Assembly: GCF_036321535.1 (NCBI RefSeq)
Contig: NC_087436.1
Location: 13,950,001 to 14,014,000, forward strand
Direction: 5' to 3'
Length of the DNA stretch: 64,000 nucleotides
Origin: Camelus dromedarius
Lineage: Eukaryota
Positions 38,040 through 51,023 of the stretch are shown in pieces. A program made the position numbers and the translations under genes. The first letter of the stretch is position 1. Each line of letters opens with the position of its first letter. The notes beneath the pieces are model-generated. The model was not told where the DNA came from. It did not search any database and saw only the letters and a list, made by a program, of their open reading frames with translations.

Positions 38040-38442
38040 TGTTACGGACTAAGCTGTGCCCTCCCACAAATTCATATGTTGAAGTCCTTATTCCCATTTC
38101 AGGGGTATTTGGAGATGGGTCCTTTAGGGAAGTAATTAAGGTTAAATGAGGTCAAAAGATGGAGCTTTAATCAGGAGCTTTTATAAGGACACCAGGATTA
38201 GTGTCCTTATAAAAGGAGGAAGCGACCCCAGAGCTTTCTCTCTCTCCATGTGCCTAGCGAAAAGGACACGTGAGCACACAGTGAGAAGGCTGCTGTCTGC
38301 AGACCAGGGCTGCATCAGAACCCGACCACGTGGGCACCTTGATCTTGGACCTCTGGCCTCCAGAGCTGTGAGAAAATAAATTTCTGTTGTTTAAGCCACC
38401 CAGCCTCCGGTGTTTTGTGACAGCAGCCTAAGCAGACTTACA
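38040..38442 (+). mobile_element. MLT1A-like LTR
   Basis: tgttacggactaagctgtg start; gcctccagagctgtgagaaaataaatttctgttgtttaagccacc; gacttacaca end. Confidence 0.88.
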
Positions 38443-39566
38443 CAGTGGTAATGGTAAGATGTTAGCTAGAAGTGGAAGAAAGCCAGTCTAAATAAAGGAA
38501 TATTGCTGACTCACAGAATCTCATGCTGAGACCTTTTTGGGGGTAGAAACTAAAGGAAGACTTAGGAAACATGGCTCCTTTTGTCTTGTTACAAATGGCA
38601 CAAGATGCCCTCTTAGTCTGCAGCCACTTACGTCCTCTGTGGCAGAGAAACAAAAACTGGTAAAAATTCGACTAAGAAATTGAATAGGGCTAAACAATTA
38701 ATTTTTAGATAGACAATAAAGTCAGCAGAGGGACATAAGCACTGAAATAATACTTTAAAACAATCGGGAAGTTGACAAGGAAATCGCTACTGGCTTCCAT
38801 TAGAGTAAGAGCATACTTTCTTACAATGGTTTCTTGAAATGATGATATATTGATCTTCTTGGGCTGATCCATTAGCCATGGAAAGATGTACCTGAATCTC
38901 TAGGGACGTTACTGAGGACAGCCATCAGGCCATATCACGGAACCACACACTACCTCCAAACCAGTATTAAGGAAGAACACATTAGAATGTCAATACGGAA
39001 AGAGAACAACTCTCTCTGGGATCATAATCATGGTTCTCAAGTCTTTGCCAAAAACTCAATCATCATAACTGCATGTTTTAAATATACGTCATACTTCTCA
39101 AGTTTCAAACAGAAAAACTTAACCTTTCTTGGACAAAAACCAAAGCAATAGAAACAGATAAAAGACTTTTTTAGAACTGTATTTCTTAGGAATATTGTGG
39201 TTTAATGTCTATTCACTTCTCACACTGGAGATTTTTAAAAAAAGGAATTGTGAAAAATCTTTCAAAATCTCCTTTTTTCCAACATGTGGTGAAAATATGG
39301 TGACAACTGAGTCATTGTCTTATTCTTTACAACAGATTTCAATGTATTCTATCCCTAATATCCAAAAGATTATAATAGTAGGGTTTTTTTTAAAAAAAAC
39401 ATAAACTTTTAATAAGTATAAATTACAAACAGAAAAGTGAACAAGTCCTAAGGCAATAGCTTGATGAATTATCACAAAGAACCACAACAGAGTAAACACC
39501 ACGCAGATCAAGAACTGGAACATAACCAGCAACCCAGATGCTTCCTCCAAAATGTAGCTTTGAGTT

Positions 39567-39705
39567 GGCAGGTATAGCTCAGTGGTAGGGTGCATGCCTA
39601 GCATACACAAGGTCCTGGGCTCAATCCCCAGTACCTCCATCAAAAATAAATAAATAAATAAGTAAACTTAATTACCTCCCCTTGCCAAAAAAAAAAATTT
39701 AATAA
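39567..39705 (+). mobile_element. Vic-1-type SINE
   Basis: tRNA head, (TAAA)n, A tail, imperfect TSD ending tttgag. Confidence 0.92.
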
Positions 39706-40344
39706 AAAGTGTAATTTTGAGCCAGATATATATATTATTTTCATAAAAATAGTATCATTAGTGGTAGTTAGTGCCTAGATCAACTGACAAAAGTCCAAAA
39801 GTTTTATGGACAGATTGCCCTGGGGCTCATCTAACTTTCAGATTCCTTAATCAGCAGCACAGCATTCATAGGAATATAAATTAGCATAACCACCCAGTGT
39901 TCCTGAAAAATAATTTTGTGATATGTATCTAGATCCTTAAAAATGTTTCTGCTGTAAGCCCTAGTAATTCCAGCATAACAATCTTTCCTGAAGCAGTATC
40001 AGTGGTGTGGTCACAGATGTATGTCCAGACAGCATCGTAAGAGCGATAGCTCTGTGCAGCCTGGGACAAAACAGTTAACCAGCTGCCCTGGCCACAGCTT
40101 CCTCATCAGTTAAATGGTACTAATAGTAGTCCCAAAGGTTAAATTAGTTAAGATGCATAAAGACCTTCAAACACAGTTGGCAGTTCAATAGATGTTCAGA
40201 ATTATTAGCTATTGTTACAAAAGCATTCATCACTACATTATTAACATTAGGAACATTTTTTGAAAGAACTTAAATGACCAGAATTAGGGGAATGAATACA
40301 CACACTCTTGGGTATCCATACAGAAGAATAGAATGCCCTCCTGG

Positions 40345-40560
40345 GGCTGAGGTGCGGTGGTTAAAAGTGTAGCGTTTGCAGTCAGAGTGCCAGCCTGCCC
40401 CAACCAGCTGTGCGGCCTTGGACAATTAACTCTGCAAGCCTCAGTTTCCTCACCTGAAAATAGAGAATAAGAATGCCTACCTTGGAGGGCTAACTGGTTT
40501 ATATACATAAAGCACTTTGAACAGTCTCTGGCATACAATTGGTGCTTAATGAGTGTTAGT
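40345..40560 (+). mobile_element. MIR SINE
   Basis: gcctcagtttcctcacctgaaaatagagaata core. Confidence 0.8.
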
Positions 40561-40699
40561 CCCAGTCCCTCTGAAGTTCAAGAGCTGGAGTCTGATTGCC
40601 CTGTGATCCATCACAGACACAAAGCTTCCCAGTCAACGGCTGGGAAAGTACATGTCTGGGAGGAAGCGGAGATGGGAATCAAACCTAAGTTCCCTTGGA

Positions 40700-41560
40700 G
40701 TCATCAGAAGAAATTAGGAATATAAGCCCGGCCTGGGGGCTACGTGCACAGTTGCCATGCGAAGGAGCTGGACAGGGTTGTTGCAGGGGCGGCACCAGAA
40801 CGGACTGCTTTGATTAAAAGGGAAAAAGGCCTCCAAACAAAAAACTCCCAACAGGGCAGCAAACAAGTCTTGGCGAGGAAGGAACTGGAACGTTTTCCTC
40901 CTCTCCAGACTCTCTCGGCCCCGCCCACCCACCGACTTTTTTCTTCTCCCTGCCTGCCCTCCCCACCCCGCCCCTTTCTCACTCCCGGCTCTCCCGAGGC
41001 TACAGAACAGGGATGGAGAAGACAGATTCACATCCACTACGGAGAGGAGATGTGCAGCCACAGCTTCCATAGAAAGAACTGGGATGCTCTGATGGGACTC
41101 CTCACCGGATCCGGATCCGAAAGCCATCATAGGGTTGCAAGCGGATGCGGGGTCCACTCTAAAGGAGCAGGTTTACAAGCAGCCTCGGAACCCTGGAAGG
41201 TGTTGAGCCGTTTCTCCGAGCCAATAACCATGATTCCTGGACAAGTATCGGCGGCCACCAAGCCCTCCTTCCACCGGCCCTATTCCACTCTGAGCTCAGG
41301 TCCCCTGCCTATCAGCCCAAGGACCCTGCCCCTCCAAGGCGGCACACAAGCCTGAGCCAACCTCCTCCCCACTTCTGTGTGCAGCCGGCAGCCGTGAAGC
41401 CCTCGTGGGCACCGAGGCGGCTACTCCCTGATCATCCCGGGACAGCGATGGGGGCTTCCGGGCAGCTGCCAGGGCCCCCTCCCCGCCCTCCAGTGACCGC
41501 GCAGACAGTGCCGCGCCTCGGTTCACTGCCTGTGTTGAGTGAGGGAAGAAAAACTGCTTT
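40700..41560. promoter_or_regulatory. CpG-enriched promoter/enhancer-like region
   Basis: Local CpG excess, GC boxes near 40787, 40919 and 40966, TACGTG at 40741-40746. Contains candidate minus-strand exon 41106-41158. Confidence 0.55.
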
Positions 41561-43469
41561 TCTCGGGCCTTGTCACAATCTTGCCTTGTCACAGTTCCAG
41601 CAAGCCTTCTGGGTCTTGTAGGGTCACTGCTGCCTTATAGGGGTCTTTCCATTTTCTTTCCATAATGGATCAACATGAATTAATATTTATGCAGTGCCCT
41701 CAGTGTGTCCAGATCACAGGGTGGATCCAGAACACACAACAGCCATCCTCCCTGGGGATATATTTAAATGGGCCCCATTTCTAAGAAATCACTGATTGCT
41801 GCTGTTTTATCCTTTAAAAATGCTCTTAAGATGATAGAATCATCATAGAACACAGAACACAACATAGAACACAGGTCAAGAATCCCATATCCTGAGAGCC
41901 CTGGTTCTTGTCGCTTGGTCCCCAGTGCAAGACCCATGTGTCAGAGACATTTCAAAGAGATTGGGTTCTCCTGGGCCTTCCTGGAAATTCAGTGACGGCC
42001 CAAGTGCCCACGGAGCACTTGAGGGCCATGGAAGGAGCCAGCCTCTGTTCTGCAGACAGAGGAGCCTCAGCAAGATTTAGCTTAAAGCTCCTGTAGTTAA
42101 AATGAAATCACCCAGCACTGCAGCTGGGAAGCTATATGGAAAGTATCCTGGAAAGCACGTGAGTGCTCGGTAGGGTACATAGTTCTGAGGCCAGGTTGTA
42201 GCTTCTAAGTCCAGAGTAGACTCTATGTTTTACCCTTCTGGGAAGAGTGGGAGAAGTCAGAGCAGGGACACCCACCCAGCGAGAACTCTGTCCCTGGAGG
42301 GTCCCTGGTGGGATCTCAGTGACGGTAGGTTTAGCTCCCTAACACATCAAAGAGCACATATTGGACACAGTCTGCCCTGACCGGGTTTATACTGAGGCTT
42401 TGAGGATGATACAGACTTAAATGTCTTTCTCCTACACACCCATCAAGGATGGACCGCATTTTCCAAGTTAGTTCCAGAGTCTGGCGTCAAGAGGCATGAC
42501 TGATGTTTGGAAAGTCAGAGGTTGGCTCTTCGGCTCTTTGTGGTTTCCGTAGAGTTAGTGGTTGGAGGAATTCCACTGAAGTTCTATTTGCACAACAGCT
42601 GCAAAATGTGAAACGTGCTGTTCCCTCAGTGTCAGCCTGTCAGGTACTAGAAAGTACAGGCCGAGGGTGGGCAAACACACCTGGTAGTTGAAGACCTACA
42701 TACCAGGAAACACTCTCCTTGAAAGGCTGAACAGAACTGCAGGTGTGACAGGGGCAATGTTGCCAGTGGGTGTGCCTGGAGGTGAGATGCTCAGAGCTCC
42801 CAGGGGCTCCCCAGGGGATGGAATCCCAATCTCCGTTTCTGATTCGCTTTCCATCTTTCTTTATGGGTCCCTTTAACATCCTGGATGACCAAACAGCATG
42901 CTTAGTAAGTGTGAGTAGTGGTATGAGTGTGTTTCATTTGAAAAGTTTTTTTTTCCTCCATCCTGGACATTTATTACATCTTGGTAGAGTTTAGTTTTAC
43001 AATATGACGGTTTAAAATGCCCCTGATGGTGAGGGGGAGGTGAACTGAAACTTCATCTGCCCCAGTTTAAAATATTACATTCTCATGTGTATTTTCTAGG
43101 CAACTTAAAGCCCAGAAATACACAAATAGGTGAAATGCAAGAGATTATAAATGCAAATCCAGTTAAGGTTCCATTGCTGTAGGGGGAGCCAAGGTCTCTG
43201 AGCTGTCTCCTCCTTAGCCATCCACAGGCCTAACCTGTCTAAACTCACACGTGTTGGTCTGTGGTGTGGATGTTTTTCAGGCCACTCGCCCAGCTCCAGA
43301 TTTCCTTCCAGCTCTACACCTTGCCTTGTAGGTTCTTGCTTTCGTAACTTACAGAACATTTCGAGGTTCTCTGCTTGGAACCCTCTACAGCACCATCTAG
43401 AGACCTCAATCAGAATGAATGGGATAGTCCATCTGAGAGGGAAAAGGGATGATTCCAAGCCAAATACTA

Positions 43470-43650
43470 TGCAAGGATGGCGGCATGTTCCATCCTTTCA
43501 ATCCCCATAACAGTGCAGTAAGGTAGACATTATTACTCCCATTTTCAGGTGAGGAAAATGAGAAATAGAGAGGTTCAGTAACTTGACAAGGTCTCCAGTA
43601 GTCACTAGAAACCAGGAGGCCTGGGATTCAATCTCTGCTCTGTCTGAGCT
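43470..43650 (-). mobile_element. MIR SINE
   Basis: cccattttcaggtgaggaaaatgagaaatagagaggttcagtaacttg. Confidence 0.75.
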
Positions 43651-45874
43651 ATGTTCTGGTCTTGGTGCCTCTATGGAATATTCTGCTTTTCACAAAATTT
43701 ATTATGAACCATTTAAACAAACACAAAAGTAGATGATGGATCCCTAAATATCCATCACCCTGATAAAACAGTTGTCAAGATCTTGCCACTTTGCTTCATC
43801 CTTGTGGGGCAATTTTCTTTGGCTTCATTTCCTGTCAGTTTCGTTTCATGCAGGATCACTCATTCACTCACATGCTGTGTTTCAACCAGACTAAACAAGC
43901 TGTTTAGTTGTTCTCTGAATATTGTTTTCTGCCTCTGGACCTTTGCACATGTTGATCCCTTGGGCTCAGGGGTTTCCAATCCTGGTATACATATATCCAC
44001 AGGACCCACCACTGACCAACCACATCAGAAACTGCCAGCATGAGTCATGCTTCCCTCCGTGTCCATTTGACTCACTCCTCCTCCATCTTCCAGACTCCCT
44101 TCTAGAACCATCCCTCTCTCCACAAAGCCTTCACCGATATCCTGAGCTTGGCTAGAGGTGTTCCCTCCCACTCTCCCACGGCATCTCATACATATATCCA
44201 TTGTACTCTGCCCTGGTGCAATTCTCCACCAGACCGTGAATTCCTCTAGGAACATCATGGCTCTGAGTTCTGTGTCCCCAGGGACTTGTACAGGGTATCT
44301 AGTGATCAGTACATATCTGAGCAAGGAAAGAGAAGGACGGAAAGGGAAAGAACTTGAAGCCATCCGGGTTCCTAACCCTGCAGGTCTCTGGATGTGAGGA
44401 GCCCCAAGCGCCTCTCCTGTGAGTGTCTGGCACAAAGCTGCCTCCACTGCATGAATGCAGTGGGTCTTCAAACAGCCAGGTGGTGGGCAGAGAGAATAAG
44501 AAAGAAAATATGAGACCAGAACCTGGGGACCATCCCCGGAGCAGTGGGTCCCAGGCTACTGAGAACTGCTTCTTTCTGGCTGTTCCCATAAATTCCTTTT
44601 GGAATTTTTGCCTCCAGACAATATCAGTCCAAAATTGGACATTTTCCAATTCTCTACAAACATCCAAAAGATCATCTAAGAAATGGGTATCTTCCTACTG
44701 TAGCAAATAACAGACTTAGAGTGTGTTACCGCCTGAGAAAATAGTCTATTTTTAAAACTGCACTTTGAAACTAGGAAATTCCAAAAGAATATTTGTTTCT
44801 TTCTTTTTTGTTGTTTGATTGATTTTTCTGTATTGTTTTTAATCTCTATTTTATTTATAAAAAAATTTACAAAATAATTTTATTTAAAAATTAATTTTAA
44901 AAAGAATATTTCATTTCAGGCCCATCTACTAATTCTTGGATGAAACTTCAACAAGGATAAGCATGATCAATAGTGAGCTTAAGGGTAGTTTCCAACTCTG
45001 TTTAACTTACGCTTATCAAGTCCCTGTGAAGGAGCTCCTGTCAGATTCAGAGTCACAGATTAGGAGGTAGAATGGACCTTAAACGGAGAGGTGGCCACAT
45101 GGACAGATCAGAAAGCCATGGTCCAGAGCTCCACATGGGCGGGGGTGTCGACACTAGAACGTGAGCCTGCTGGTGGCCGCGCACTGCTCTCCCTGCTACA
45201 CTGCATCCGCTCACCGTTCTCTCCTCCAGATGTCACAGGGAAACCAAAGGGACATCCAGCACACTTGGCCAGTGCTTAGGACTATCACTGAGCACTGGGA
45301 GCTGTCACAATAAAAGAATTCATATTCACAGAGTATTTGCTGTGTGCTGAGCCCTGGGTGAGGAATGTTTACTCATTACCACACTTAATCCCCAGAGTGG
45401 TCCAGTGAAGTGGATACTGACCTCCCCATCATTTTGCTGAGGAGCTGAGGTTTAGAGAGATTAGGTACCTTGCCCAATATACACAAGAAAATGGCAAAGG
45501 TGAGCCTTGAAAGGACTGTTCAAAGCTCTTTCTTTTAAGCCCCATATTCTTCAGTCTCTCTTCTGTGTGTCATCCCTTACGGGCCCAGCACCATGTAGTG
45601 CAGGCCCCCAGTGCCCCCTCAGCTGGCTCTTTCCGGCATCCGGCTCGCTGCACAAGGATGCTTCTCTTTGACACTTTCTCCAATTTAGAGGAAGTGGTTC
45701 TGGGCTCTCCTTCCCAGCTGCCAGTTAGTTTCCAGCAGGAGGTTACATTTTGGTGGCAGTGACTAGATGGATTCTTGAAAAGCTATGAATATGAATGTCA
45801 ACTATGTTCCACTGAAAATTCTCACTTCATAATACAAGGCTACGGACTGTATACCTTCCCAATGATTCACCTTT

Positions 45875-46050
45875 CAGGTCACTTATTAGCTGTGTGACTT
45901 TGCACAAGTTACTTAACCTCTCTGTGCCCCAGTTCCCTTTTGTGTAAAATGAGGACAATAACTGTTCTTCAAAGGGTTAGTGAGGACTGAGTGAGAAAAT
46001 ACATGTAAAGGCCTGGCACACAGTAAGTGCTCAATAAAGGATACCTATCA
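45875..46050 (+). mobile_element. MIR SINE
   Basis: cacttattagctgtgtgactttgcacaagttacttaacctctctgtg. Confidence 0.85.
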
Positions 46051-47920
46051 TTCCCAGTAGTATTTGTCATTGTCACAGTATTTCATCCATACATGCTTGT
46101 TTCTTTGGTTTCATAAGCCCATGAGAACAGTCCTCAGTATTTAAGAGCTCTAGAGAAATATTACTTTTTATTGCAAATCTCCTACTTTAGCATGAGTTTG
46201 TATAAATTCTGTGTCTGAAAATGATGCTGTAAGTGCCTGAATTTCCAGGAGCTGGCGTGCCCACCGTTCTGATAAAGGCAGCCAGGCAAGAGCTGACTTT
46301 GTGTCTTGTGCAGTCTCCTGGAATTGACCCCATCTGCTCTCACTGGCCTCCTTTTTGTTCTTTCTCATCTCACCATCTTCCAGTGGTGCTTGTCAGGTGG
46401 AAAGGTAAAAACGCCGTCACTTGAAGGAAGCTGGCATTTGGAAGGCCTGAAGCCGGAGGGCGAGGTGATGTACTCTCCCCGCTGAGCCTCCACTTCACCT
46501 GGCAGCACTGGCAGGACCAAAAGTTCTGTTCCTGATCAAGATCACACCATAAGGCAACTCATGCCCCTTTCCCAGGCTCTCATATCACTGAAGGAGAACT
46601 TGGCCTCACTTGGAACCACCTGGTGTTTTCATACACTGCACTGAAGCATTCATGATCCTTTGGGTCAAACTCATTAAAAAAATAATAATAACATTTGCAT
46701 CTGATTTAATTCCTCCAGGAGCCCCAAACTGTGTTGGCTTTAAACATCCTGTGTCAAGATAATAAATACAAAGTCTGGGGATTAAGCCAGGCTGGGAGAT
46801 TTATAAAACACTTGATGTATTAAAGCCCCATGATTCACTCTTTGCTTTATCTAAAAATGAAGTCACATCTCTTTGGTTTTTCAGGCTCTTGTCTATATCA
46901 AACACAGACTGAGTGGGCTGACTTCACCCCATGAAGCTCATCAGAAAGGAAAGGGCAAAATCCTCCGATCAAAGTGATTTTCTCTTCAGCAGGAGACGAG
47001 AATTCCCAAAGCAATTCTCAGGGCTTTGGACGGTCTATCCCCTAGCCCCTACTTGCAGCCAAGCAACCAGACAGAGCACACCTCCTCCCTTGCCCCTCTG
47101 CCCTAGGAGAGATGTCTTGCTTGGCCAAAGAGGGCACATGGGATGATAAAATCAGGCACCAAACACGGGTTCTCCATCTTGCTCATTCACTCACAGGAAA
47201 CCAGACAGAATCCCTGGGGGAGGGGGTGGGAAGCCCATTTCAGGGCTCACCCCATCTCTCACACGCTGTCCTCTGGCTCCGAGGGCTTCTCCCTTGGGTA
47301 GTCAAGGACAAGTGCTCTGCCCTCTGGGGCTTTCCTTCATTCCTGAGCCCCAGTGCAGCGGGCCACAGTGCCCTTTGAGCACTTTTATGGGGCAGTAAAA
47401 CTTTACAGCCTGCAGCTCTCAACAGTTCCCACATTTTTGAATAGAACTATTTATGACATACAAGACCACTACGGTTTGCCCTTTGAAAACACGAGCAGAT
47501 ATAACACCCTTTCAAGAGGGGTTGACCGAGTGACATCAGCTAACAGCTGGCTTACAGAAACCCGGCGGTGGCAGAGCTAAACTCCTGACTGTGAGCAGCT
47601 AAGTTAGAAAGTAAAACCGCCTTTGAGTCTCACAACATCACCGAGGTAGCCGTACATACACTTGGCCTCTTCCATGGTGCTTAGTGTCTCTCCCCTGATT
47701 TTTTGCTTCCCTGCCCCTTTCCCGCCTGGATCGACAGGCATCCCTTGGTCAGCAAATCCAGAGAACCCATCTTTTCCTTCCATCTTTAGAAGGCAGAAAA
47801 TCAAAACCAGGAAAAAGCCAGCAACTCAACCACAACTTGTTTCTCCCCCAAGCACCGCCCAGGATTAATTAACCAGCTAGCCCAGGAAAAGCATCGCCTG
47901 ACACTTGGAAGTGCCCTTAC

Positions 47921-48140
47921 CGGTGTTCCATACCGGCCGCTCCCGCGCATCAGAGCCGGGCCCCAGCCTCCTCGGATGTGGGGACTCAGCTCCCTGAAGC
48001 CCACGGACAATCCAGCCCATTATAGTTAGCAGGCTGCCGAGTTAAAGGGTGGCCCTTAGGAAAATATAAACAGCTAGTCAGCGCGAGCCAAGGGGGCGGG
48101 GCTGCAGCGGGGGACAATGGGAGCCAATGATCAGCCTCCT
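47921..48140 (-). promoter_or_regulatory. Candidate promoter and first exon (minus strand)
   Basis: CCAAT at 48124-48128, GC box at 48093-48102, forkhead/TATA-like aatataaaca at 48063-48072, then a CpG-rich stretch ending in donor CCG|gtaagg at 47921. Confidence 0.55.
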
Positions 48141-49334
48141 CGGGCTCTGTTAGCTTAGAGATTGTGTTTCAGTCTGGAGGAGAGACAGAGAGGGAACAGC
48201 ACTGAATAGGAAGGGCAGCCCTGCAGCATGAAATGGGTCCAAGTTGAAAAGTTTAATCGCTGCCTGCAGAAAATCATTTTCCAGGAAGAGCTTGTATGCC
48301 TTGCCCATAATTATATAGATTTTTAGAAGTCACGAACATTTGTGTTGCATTAACCATCTTTGATCTCTCCCGGTTAATAAATGTAGTATTCACTGGGGTA
48401 ATGAATCAATGGGGAAAGGAGATTTTCAAAGAACAAAGTCCAAGGAAGATGCTTTTATGGCACGCTTATTTTGTTGGACATAGTATCTATTGAGAAATAC
48501 TCACTACATCTAGAGGGAAAATGCTTGATTTGATAGGTATATCTTCAGAACCTAAAGAAACAGGCTTATTTTATTTCCCAAATATAAATGACTCACATTC
48601 ATTTTTTAAATGCTCATTTATCTGATCATACCTATGCAGAAATTAGTTCAGTGCACCTGGGAGAAGGCAGGACAGCTGTGGCTTTTTTTCTCTCTTATGA
48701 ACTTAAACTAAATTCTGCTTTTAAAGCTATGAGGTCAGCTTAAGTTTTCAATACCGTGATAATAACCAAGAATCAAGAAATAAAGGAAATGAACTGTGGC
48801 TTTTTCTTTCTTTATATGATTTCTAAATAATACACTGAGGTAAAGATAAAATTAAGAGCTATTTGGATGATTTGTGGCATTGTGTAAATTACAGGCATAC
48901 AAACGTTGAGAAAAGTACACTCATTACAATTTGGAGTAGACTCGTTGTTTATAAAGGGAAGCACGGTGGCTATCAAAATTAACTAGCAGAGAAACAGGAA
49001 AATGTTGAAATATAATCATTTCCCACAAACTCTGTATCAAGCCCTTCTGACTTGGATTATAAAAATGATAATCCATAGACACTGTCCCTTCTAATCTACA
49101 GCAGTTTTAAAATATTTATGATTCTGACACTGATGTTTACTTTGTATTAAAGTAAGATTCCTCTGGTAGCTCTTCTAAATAGTGCTTGAGGCACCTTCTG
49201 GCCCTTCTGTTTTTCTAGTGATTCCAGAGATGCTGTTATATCTGATTTTAAAGTACGGGTTACCTTCTGGAAAATGTCTAGTTTTCCTCTAAAGCCTAAA
49301 GAACCTGTCATTTTAAAAAAGCTTCAGAACACCA

Positions 49335-50340
49335 AAAGCTGAATCAAAGAAAAAATAGGTAAACTAGATTTCATTAAAATTAAAAACTTTTTTGTATCAA
49401 AGTTCGTTATCAAGAAAGTGAAAAAGTAACCTACAGGACAGAAAAAATATTTATAAATCATATGTCTGATAAAGGTTTAATATGCAGAATATATAATAAA
49501 CTCTTACAGCTCAACAGCAAAAAGACAAATAACCCAATTTAAAAATGCGCAAAGGGCTTGAATAGAAATTGCCCTAAAAATGATATACAAATGTCCAGCA
49601 AGCACATGAAAAGATGCTCAACGTCATTAGTCACTAGTGAAATTCAAATCAAAACCCAGTGAAGTACCACTTCACAACCATTAGGATGGCTTAAAAAAAA
49701 AAAAAAAGAAAGTAACAAGTGTTGAGGAGGATAAGGAAGAACTGGAAGCTTCGTACATTGCTCGTGGGAATTTAAAACAGTTCAGCGGCTCTGGAAAACA
49801 GTCCTGCAGTTCTTCAAAAAGTCAAGCGTAGAACTGTTGAGCCAGCAATTCCACTCGGGGGTATGTAACCAAAAGAGCTGAAAAGAGGCACTCAGACAAA
49901 TTCATGCATACTCATAGTCACAGCAGCATTTTTCATGATAGTCAAAGGGTAGAGACATCCTAAATGCCCGTGAACAGATTAATGGATGAACAAATTGTGA
50001 TATATACATACGACGGAATAGTGTCCAGCCACAAAAAGGAATAAGGTATTGATATATAGACTACAAAGTGGATGACCCTCAAAAACATTATACTAAATGA
50101 AAGAGGACAGACAGAAAAGGTCATATATCACATGATTCCATTTATATGAAATGTCCAGAATCAATAAGTCCGTAGAGACAGAAGGCAGACGGGTGGTTGC
50201 CAGGGACTGGAGTAGGGTGGCAGGAATGAGAAACCACTTATTGGATGCAAGGTTTATTTTGGAACTTAGATAGAGGTGGTGGTTGCCTAACATTGCGAAT
50301 GTACTTATGTCACTGAATTGTTCACTTTAAAATGGTTAGT
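49335..50340 (+). mobile_element. Ancient L1M (L1MB-like) 3' fragment
   Basis: Decayed ORF2 C-terminus and 3'UTR ending cactgaattgttcactttaaaatggtta. Confidence 0.88.
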
Positions 50341-50364
50341 TGTGTGTGTGTGTGTGTGTGTGTG
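50341..50364. repeat. (TG)n microsatellite
   Basis: Seen directly. Confidence 0.97.
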
Positions 50365-50689
50365 ATTAAGCTTCAGTATCTTCTGGGTTCAACAGGAACC
50401 TTCCTCGAAAGGTCATCCCAGGAATTTACTGAAGATTTTTTTTTAAGATTTATTCATGTACTCATTCATTCAGTATTTGTGCATTGTTCAGCATCTATTA
50501 AATGCCAGATACTAGGGGGCAGTGGGCGCCAGGAGACCCACTTCCACCTTCTCTATCAAAGGTGAGAAAGAACAGGACCATCCAAAGGGGAAAGGAACAT
50601 GGCAGGCAGGGTGAGAGAATTAATGTTTGGTAAGTGGCTGTGACCTGGTAAGTCATCCCAGTCTTGATCTCACTTACTTTTCAAAATCA

Positions 50690-51023
50690 AGTATCACTTA
50701 TATGCGAAATCTAAAGAATGATACAAATGAACTTATTTACAAAACAGAAAGAGACTCACAGGCATAGAAAACAAACTTATGGTTGCCAAAAGGGAAGGGC
50801 AAAGGGAGGGATAAATTAGGAGTTTGGGATTAGCAGATACAAACTACTATATATAAGATAGATAACCACAAGGCCCTGCTGTACAGCACAGGGAACTATA
50901 TTCAATAACTTGTAATAACCTGTAATGAAAAAGAATATATATAAATGTATAACTGAATCACTTTGCTGTACATCAGAAACTAACACAACATTGTAAATGA
51001 ACTATACTTCAATTAAAAAAAAA
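50690..51023 (+). mobile_element. L1 3'UTR fragment
   Basis: Homologous to the other L1 3' ends, with A tail. Confidence 0.9.

Noticed and set aside
40744..41355. 203-aa ORF
   Set aside because: GTG start, GC-rich regulatory sequence, no recognisable domain.
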